A model generated the notes under the pieces. That model ran no database searches, had not been told where the DNA came from, and worked only from the letters and a program-made list of their open reading frames with translations. From Elusimicrobiota bacterium (lineage in GTDB: Bacteria; Elusimicrobiota; Elusimicrobia; UBA1565; UBA9628): a stretch of DNA of 64,000 nt. The translations under genes were made by a program, and so were the position numbers. The DNA is taken from NCBI GenBank assembly GCA_016209035.1, contig JACQWX010000035.1:45565-109564 (forward strand). The letters are read 5' to 3'. Below are positions 58,472-64,000 of the stretch, piece after piece (position 1 is the first letter of the stretch; the number at the start of each line of letters is the position of its first letter).

Positions 58472-58622
58472 GGGCGGGATTCTATCACATTTCCCCCGAG
58501 CCCTGACATTGCGCCCGCCTCCGGCCTGCCGGCGGCCTCGGAAAAGCGCTGTTTTCGCCAGCATTATTGCCGCTTGTCAATAGGACCTCCCCCTTGAATT
58601 CCAGCCCCTGACATTCTGGGCC

Positions 58623-58650
58623 TTGACAAAACCAGGGGGTCTGCTAAACT
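58623..58650 (+). promoter_or_regulatory. Sigma70-type promoter TTGACA-N16-TAAACT with extended -10
   Basis: TTGACA at 58623-58628, TGC, then TAAACT at 58645-58650. Confidence 0.7.
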
Positions 58651-58744
58651 TGATACTGTAGGACAACCCGTCCGCGCTTCCGCGCTGGAACGGGCCTGTT
58701 GAGGTTAGGCCCGAGGCCCCGGCGAGGGGAAGAGCGAGGATGGG

Positions 58745-58822
58745 CGATAAATGGCAAACCCGCCGCAAGGCGGGGGCGCAAAGCCAAGGCTCCCTCGGGG
58801 AGGGAGGGCCAGGTTGCCGAAC
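58745..58822 (+). ncRNA. c-di-GMP-I (GEMM) riboswitch aptamer
   Basis: GGCAAA-CCCGCC-GCAA-GGCGGG-GGCGCAAAGCC...GGTTGCCGA: GNRA-capped P2 and the conserved GCAAAGC junction. G occupies the ligand-discriminating position. Confidence 0.88.
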
Positions 58823-58878
58823 AAAAGATGGCCATGATGCTGGCTGGGGCTTTAGACCCTCGGGGTAGTCGCAAAGCC

Positions 58879-58923
58879 TATCCTGTTGCGGCAGGCAGGT
58901 CTGCCGCAGCGGGATATTTTTTT
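58879..58923 (+). terminator. Intrinsic terminator (riboswitch expression platform)
   Basis: 16-bp stem TATCCTGTTGCGGCAG / CTGCCGCAGCGGGATA followed by T7. Confidence 0.88.
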
Positions 58924-59168
58924 GCGGTCCTCCCGAACGCGCGTACGCGCGCGTACGACAACCGTGCTTCCTTGCGAGTGGGTCGATGGTCCCATCAACC
59001 GCTAGGCCCCCTTACGACCTCCCGCAAGACCAACGGCCCAGGCGCCAGCCTCATCGGCGGTCTACACTAATGGGGAGAGCCGCCATGCAACAAAAAGTTA
59101 ACACGCCCGAAACAACCATGAAACAGGCCGGGGGTAAAGTTATCTCGGAGACGGAAGGAGGCGCCGAG

Positions 59169-59591
59169 ATGAATACCACCGAGACCTCGAAGAAGTTCTT
59201 CCTGGCGTGCGCAGTGGCAGTGGCCCTGGGCCTGCTCGCACCGAAGGCTCAGGCGCAAGAAGGGCTCCTCGACCTCAATCAGAAGATGCTGCGTGGCTCC
59301 GCCATCGTCGAGAGCTGGGGCGCGCCGGCCGACAAGACTTCCTGCAGGATGGCGAGCATCCTCGGGATATGCGGCGACGGCGTCGGGATGCAGGCCCGGT
59401 CCCCCCGCAAGCCCGGCAGCTGGCTCGTGGGCTGGCGGAACCTGCGCAACCTCAACCTGAACCTCACCCGGTTCAACCCGAAGAAGGCCGCGCCGAACCG
59501 GCTCTTCCAGATCGTCAAGATGTTCATCGACGATGTGGAGATCGCCGAGGTCGGCGACTTCAAGATCAAGCTCTCGATCTCGCTGGAATGA
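59169..59591 (+). CDS. Small exported hypothetical protein
   Basis: AAGGAGG SD; signal peptide ending AQA; two Cys in the mature part. Confidence 0.75.
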   Translation: MNTTETSKKFFLACAVAVALGLLAPKAQAQEGLLDLNQKMLRGSAIVESWGAPADKTSCRMASILGICGDGVGMQARSPRKPGSWLVGWRNLRNLNLNLTRFNPKKAAPNRLFQIVKMFIDDVEIAEVGDFKIKLSISLE

Positions 59592-59594
59592 CGC

Positions 59595-60659
59595 CTACTG
59601 GTTCTCGAAATACTCGGTCGTATATTCGCGCACCGATTTGGCCACCTTCTCCGCGAGCTTCACCCGGCTCCTGCGGGCGGCCTCGTCGTAGTCGCCCGAG
59701 GCCTGCCGGTCGGTGACGTCGAACCGCTGGATGGTCTTGCTCGTGCGGCCGTCTTTCAAGGACACGGTGACCGTGCTCCGGGCCCACTTCCAATCCGCCG
59801 TCTTGTTGTCGCCCTTCATCGGCCCGGTCGCTACCTTGCCCGACACCACGATGTCCATCTCGGCGGGCGTGGTGGCCGTCTGCGCCTCGAACCCGAAGGA
59901 GGTCAGCCCCTTGATGATGCCGGTCTCGACCTCGTCGCCGCAGTCGGACCGCGTCTCCCCCCGCTCGCCCTTCATGGCGCACTGGAAGTCCACGTAGACC
60001 TCGAGCTGGGCGATGGCCTTGTTGGCGAGGCTCTTGACCTGGGCCTGGTTGAAGGGGCTCGGGATGGACCGCCCTTTGCTGTCGAGCACCCGGTACTGGC
60101 CGTTGAGGTCCTCCCGGGCCTTCAGGAGCGCCAGGAGCCGCATGGCGGCCTTGATGCGGCCGAGCTTCTCCGAGGACGCGTCCACCTGGCTCGACCACTC
60201 CTGGGCCTGCCCGTCGAGGTCCTTGATCTTGTCCTCGATGGCGCCCTTGGCCTTCTCGCGCTCGAGCACGGCCAGGGCGTAGTAGACCTTCGTGGCCGGA
60301 TCCTTCCAGGCGTCGACCACCTCGACTCCCTCGAGGACCCCGTTCGTCACGGTCTGGACCGAGTCCGAGACGGACGTCGAGAATGACCGCTCGGTCTTGT
60401 CGCCCTTGCCGCGGTTGGTCTCGGACATGGCGCTGTCGAGCTTGGCGGAGACCTGGAGCTTGAAGAACTTGGAGACCTCGCTGCGGGCGCGCTCCTTGGC
60501 GATGTCCTCCTTGTCTCCCAGGCCGACGCCTGTGACGTACGCCTCCCTGGGGTACTCGCTGGAGGCTCCCTTGACGGTCCATTCCGGCTTGCCGCCGGCG
60601 AAGGACGCGCCTGCGCAGAGCGTCAGGCCTGACGCGAGAACGAAAAGGTTCCTCTTCAT
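59595..60659 (-). CDS. LPP20-like exported protein
   Basis: Signal peptide, KPEW...YVTGVG..AKERAR and LEGVEVVDAW..YYALAVL; GGAGG SD. Confidence 0.75.
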   Translation of the reverse strand: MKRNLFVLASGLTLCAGASFAGGKPEWTVKGASSEYPREAYVTGVGLGDKEDIAKERARSEVSKFFKLQVSAKLDSAMSETNRGKGDKTERSFSTSVSDSVQTVTNGVLEGVEVVDAWKDPATKVYYALAVLEREKAKGAIEDKIKDLDGQAQEWSSQVDASSEKLGRIKAAMRLLALLKAREDLNGQYRVLDSKGRSIPSPFNQAQVKSLANKAIAQLEVYVDFQCAMKGERGETRSDCGDEVETGIIKGLTSFGFEAQTATTPAEMDIVVSGKVATGPMKGDNKTADWKWARSTVTVSLKDGRTSKTIQRFDVTDRQASGDYDEAARRSRVKLAEKVAKSVREYTTEYFENQ

Positions 60660-60739
60660 GCTGTCCTCCTCGTGGGTCCGGCTATCGTACGACACCATGC
60701 TATCAAAAAAGCTCCACGCGCCGCCACGGGCCCGACACC

Positions 60740-62644
60740 CTAGAATTCGTAGGCGGAGCGGTGGATGCCGCGCAGGTCGGCGTAGTCGATGAAGCGGGAG
60801 TAGAAGGGGTGCTGGGCCAGGGTGGCGGAATCCCCGATCATCACGAGGAGCCTGCGGCTGCGCGTGATGGCGACGTTCATGCGCCTGACATCCGCCAGGA
60901 AGCCCACCTCGGCCTCGTTGTTGGAGCGCACGAGCGACACCACGGCGGCCTCCTTCTCCCTGCCCTGGAACCCGTCCACGGACCCGATCTCGAGGCCCGG
61001 CACCCGCAGCAGGCTCTTAAGGAGCCTGGCCTGAGCCACGTAGGGGGTCAGGATGGCCAGGTCCTTGGGTCTGATGCCGCTGGCCAGGAGCGCGCTTGCG
61101 ATCTTAACCGCGAGCTTGGCCTCCCCAGGGTTCTCGCGGCTCTCGAGCAGCTCGTTCCAGGTCTCATCGAAGCCCGCGCCGGCCGTGTCGATGAAATGCA
61201 GAGGGCTCTCCGTCAGAGCGCCGGCCGCCACGCCCTCCAGACCCGCCGCGGTGTGGGTCCGGACCGACTCGTCGGCGATGAGCTTGTCGTCGTAGAACTC
61301 CCGCGAGGGGAAGCCCATGATGGTCTCGTGCATGCGGTACTGCACGCGCAGGAGCGTCTGGAGGTCCGAGGGCAGGAGGGATTTCAGGCGCTCGAAGAGC
61401 GTGGTCGAGAGCCCCCCTTTGGCCGCCTCCTGGGAGTAGATGGTCGGGGGCAACTGCATGGAGTCGCCGGCGAACACGGCCTTGCGGGCCATGGTGAGCG
61501 GCACCCACGAGAGAGGCTCGGTCGCCTGGGAGGCCTCGTCGAGCACGACCAAGTCGAAAGCGCCGTCCGCCAGCTTGCGGGAGATTCCCGCGTGCGTGCC
61601 GAGCACCACGTGGGCGCCGGCCACGATTTGCGCCGATAGCTCGAACTCGATGTCCCGGGCCTTCCTCCAGAGCCTGCGGATCTCGCGCTCCCGTTCCTGC
61701 CTCTCGCCGTAGCCGAGCTGGCCCCGCCCGAACCGGGAGCCCTTCCTCGCCAGGCGCTCGCGCAGCAGGTCGAGCTCCCGAACCTCGTCGTAGGACGGGT
61801 CCGCCTCGACCATGTGCGCCAGGTTGGCCTCGCGCAGGGACTCCAGGGTCCGAGCCGGATGCCCCAGCCGCGCGCACCGCAGCCCCGTAGCCAGGAGCTT
61901 CTCCAGCACGTTGTCCACGGCCACGTTCGAAGGCGCGGTGGCCAGGACCTTCTGGCCGAGCGCGGCTGCCTGCCGGATGAGCTCCACCAGGACCGTGGTC
62001 TTGCCCGTCCCGGGCGGGCCATGGACCAGGGCGACATCCTCGGCCTCGAGGCAGGTCCGGACGGCTTCGCGCTGATACTCGTTGAGCGCGTCGTTGAAGG
62101 GATCCCTCCAGCGCTTGGCGCCCAGGGTCTTGGGGTCCCTCTTGCCCAAGGCGATGTCGCGCAGGGCAGCCAAGCGGCTCTTCTTGGCGTCGAGGACCGC
62201 GGTCAGGGCCCTCTTCATCTGCTTGTAGGTGGCCTCGGAGCCGATGAGGTCGATCTGGCACCCCGGCCCGAGGCGCGAGGGGCCGGGCCCGTTCACGGAC
62301 GCGGTCACGGCGGAGTCCTCGACCTTGTAGAGGGTCGCCTCCATGGTCTTGGGGTCGAACCCGGCGGGGAAGGCGACCATCACGAGGTCCCCGGGCCCCA
62401 TGGAGTGGAAAGGAGAGATCTCCTCGCCCTTGGAGGAACGCGTGAACTTGAGCAGGGAAGTCCCGCCCACTCCATCGTCGACCGACACGAGCTCCAAACC
62501 CGTCACGGTCTTGCCCATGGCCACGCGGGTCTCGAGCGGGAAGCGGCCGAGCTCCCGCATGTTCTCGTCGCGCTCAGCGAGCCGCTCGATCTCGATGAGC
62601 TCTAGGAACCGCTCGAAGAACTTCTGGGCGTACTTTGATTTCAA
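60740..62644 (-). CDS. SF1B DNA/RNA helicase (IGHMBP2/Upf1-like)
   Basis: HGPPGTGKTT, APSNVAVDN, LDEASQ, GDSMQLPP, QYRM, VDGFQGREKE and RRMNVAITR. Confidence 0.93.
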   Translation of the reverse strand: MKSKYAQKFFERFLELIEIERLAERDENMRELGRFPLETRVAMGKTVTGLELVSVDDGVGGTSLLKFTRSSKGEEISPFHSMGPGDLVMVAFPAGFDPKTMEATLYKVEDSAVTASVNGPGPSRLGPGCQIDLIGSEATYKQMKRALTAVLDAKKSRLAALRDIALGKRDPKTLGAKRWRDPFNDALNEYQREAVRTCLEAEDVALVHGPPGTGKTTVLVELIRQAAALGQKVLATAPSNVAVDNVLEKLLATGLRCARLGHPARTLESLREANLAHMVEADPSYDEVRELDLLRERLARKGSRFGRGQLGYGERQEREREIRRLWRKARDIEFELSAQIVAGAHVVLGTHAGISRKLADGAFDLVVLDEASQATEPLSWVPLTMARKAVFAGDSMQLPPTIYSQEAAKGGLSTTLFERLKSLLPSDLQTLLRVQYRMHETIMGFPSREFYDDKLIADESVRTHTAAGLEGVAAGALTESPLHFIDTAGAGFDETWNELLESRENPGEAKLAVKIASALLASGIRPKDLAILTPYVAQARLLKSLLRVPGLEIGSVDGFQGREKEAAVVSLVRSNNEAEVGFLADVRRMNVAITRSRRLLVMIGDSATLAQHPFYSRFIDYADLRGIHRSAYEF

Positions 62645-62681
62645 GGCTCCATTGTAGCAATACTTTGTTATACTCGCGGCC

Positions 62682-63811
62682 ATGGCGTTCAAGGGCTTGG
62701 CCGACCTCCTCAGAAGGCCCCCCCCAGGCTCAGGGGAGCTCGCGAAGAACCCGGAGCTCTACGTCCCGGGCAACCGCCTCAGCCTCCTGGCCGACGGGGA
62801 GGAGACCTTCCGCTCCATGTGGGAGGCCATCGAAGGGGCCCAGGAGAGCGTCAACATCGAGACCTACATCTTCCGGGCCGACAGCACCGGCCGCGAGTTC
62901 GCCGGCCGCCTCATGGCCATGGCGCGCAAGGGAGTCCCCGTGCGCCTCATCATCGACGCGGTCGGCTCCATCGACACCAACCCCTTCTTCCTGGGCAGGA
63001 TGGCGGACGCGGGCGTGCAGATTCTCGACTACCATCCGGTGGCGCCCTGGCGGCGCAGGTGGTCGTGGGGCAGGCGCGACCACCGCAAGCTCCTGGTCGT
63101 GGACGGCAAGATCGGGTTCACGGGCGGGGTCAACATCTCGGACGACCACCTCCCTTCAGCCAAGGGCGGGCAGGAGTGGCGGGATTGTCACGTGCGGGTG
63201 GAAGGCCCGGCGGCCTTCGAGCTCGAGAGGGTCTTCCGCATGCCCTGGTTCAAGGAGACCCGGGCATGGTTCCGCTCCCCCGGGCCAACCAGGAGCTCCT
63301 GCACCGCTTCCGCATCCGCTCCGCCTACCTGCACGCCCTGCGCGCGGCCCAGAAGGAAGTCATCATCGCCAACGCCTACTTCATCCCGGACCTCGGCATC
63401 CGCAGGGCCCTCGTCGCCGCCGCCCGGCGGGGAGTAAGGGTGAGGGTCCTCGTGCCCGGCCACTCCGACTTCGCCGCGGTCTGGTACGCCAGCCGCCGGC
63501 GCTACGACCTCCTCCTGAAGAACGGGGTGGAGGTCTGCGAATGGAACGGCTCCATGCTCCACGCCAAGGCCGTGGTCGTGGACCGCCGGTGGTGCAGCGT
63601 CGGGTCCTACAACCTCGACCACCGGAGTCTCCTGCACAACCTGGAGGTGAACCTCCACGTCCTCGACGACAAGGTCGCGGGGCCGCTCGCGCAACGCCTC
63701 GACGACGACATCTCACGCTCGCGCAGGCTCACCCTGGGCCTATGGCGCAAGCGCCCTGTCGTGGAGAAGGCCGCCGAGAGGGTCTTCTACCTCTTCCGGT
63801 ACCTGTTCTGA
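62682..63811 (+). pseudogene. Cardiolipin synthase (ClsB-like PLD) with a frameshift near 63280
   Basis: The first HKD motif (RDHRKLLVVDG) is in ORF 62682-63437. NAYF and the second HKD (LHAKAVVVD) are in another frame. Confidence 0.85.
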
Positions 63812-64000
63812 CCGGCAGACGCGGAAGGGGCAGGGGGCCCGCCGGCGGTCGAGTCCTTGAGGCGCTTCTTCCCCCTCCAGAAGAAGACGGCCATCAGGGT
63901 CGCCGATAGGTTGACCACCACGAGCGACACGAACGGCGCGGCCGCGTCGAACATGAACCCGAGGATGTAGGAGGACCCCATGATGGCGGCCAACTCGGCG
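63787..64000 (-). CDS. 3' end of a membrane protein (truncated by window edge)
   Basis: Hydrophobic C-terminal helices with coding-like codon usage. Confidence 0.5.
   Translation of the reverse strand, partial: AELAAIMGSSYILGFMFDAAAPFVSLVVVNLSATLMAVFFWRGKKRLKDSTAGGPPAPSASAGQNRYRKR

Noticed and set aside
58661-58744. tRNA or tRNA pseudogene
   Set aside because: Cloverleaf-like pairing, but no TTC T-loop, no D-loop GG in context and no CCA end.
58745-58822. c-AMP-GMP-sensing GEMM-Ib variant
   Set aside because: The discriminating nucleotide (G20 equivalent in T-G-G-CAAA) is G rather than A, which favours c-di-GMP.
59580-59600. ATGACGCCTAC resembling a fluoride riboswitch 3' end
   Set aside because: It is just the junction of two convergent stop codons; the 5' aptamer half is absent.

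Overview
A 64-kb, high-GC bacterial chromosomal window. PorV plus a C-terminal sorting-domain protein, TPR-kinase receptors, Pro/Ala-rich exported enzymes and divergent nitrogenase-fold paralogues suggest a free-living Elusimicrobiota-like organism (inference). Most genes are envelope or housekeeping genes: TonB/ExbBD, AmgK-RapZ/MurU, MltC, AOR, RNase HI, an SF1 helicase and cls. The notable items are: (1) a ~9.6-kb minus-strand cluster (45.6-55.2 kb) with a TelA-like coiled-coil protein, an unknown protein, an AAA+ ATPase with an aberrant Walker B, an internally deleted paralogue, an active HSP90/GHKL ATPase and a giant degenerate HSP90-like protein, which is my best candidate for an undescribed system; (2) a decaying defence island (3.2-9.6 kb) with a SNF2 helicase-DUF3883, an intact ABC-ATPase/TOPRIM gene and an in-frame DUF1156::DUF499 deletion chimera; (3) two Cys-poor nitrogenase component-1 paralogues with no NifH; (4) an atypical initiator tRNA followed by an islet with an integrase remnant, a DUF4143 ATPase, an orphan ~65-nt sRNA unit and higBA; (5) a c-di-GMP-I riboswitch preceded by an unexplained four-way RNA structure; (6) pervasive leaderless-gene promoter architecture; (7) 51-bp REPIN-like inverted repeats; and (8) recurrent deletion scars that may be biological or assembly artefacts. 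No CRISPR array, rRNA or intact transposase/integrase was seen. All family assignments come from motif recognition by eye, not from database searches.
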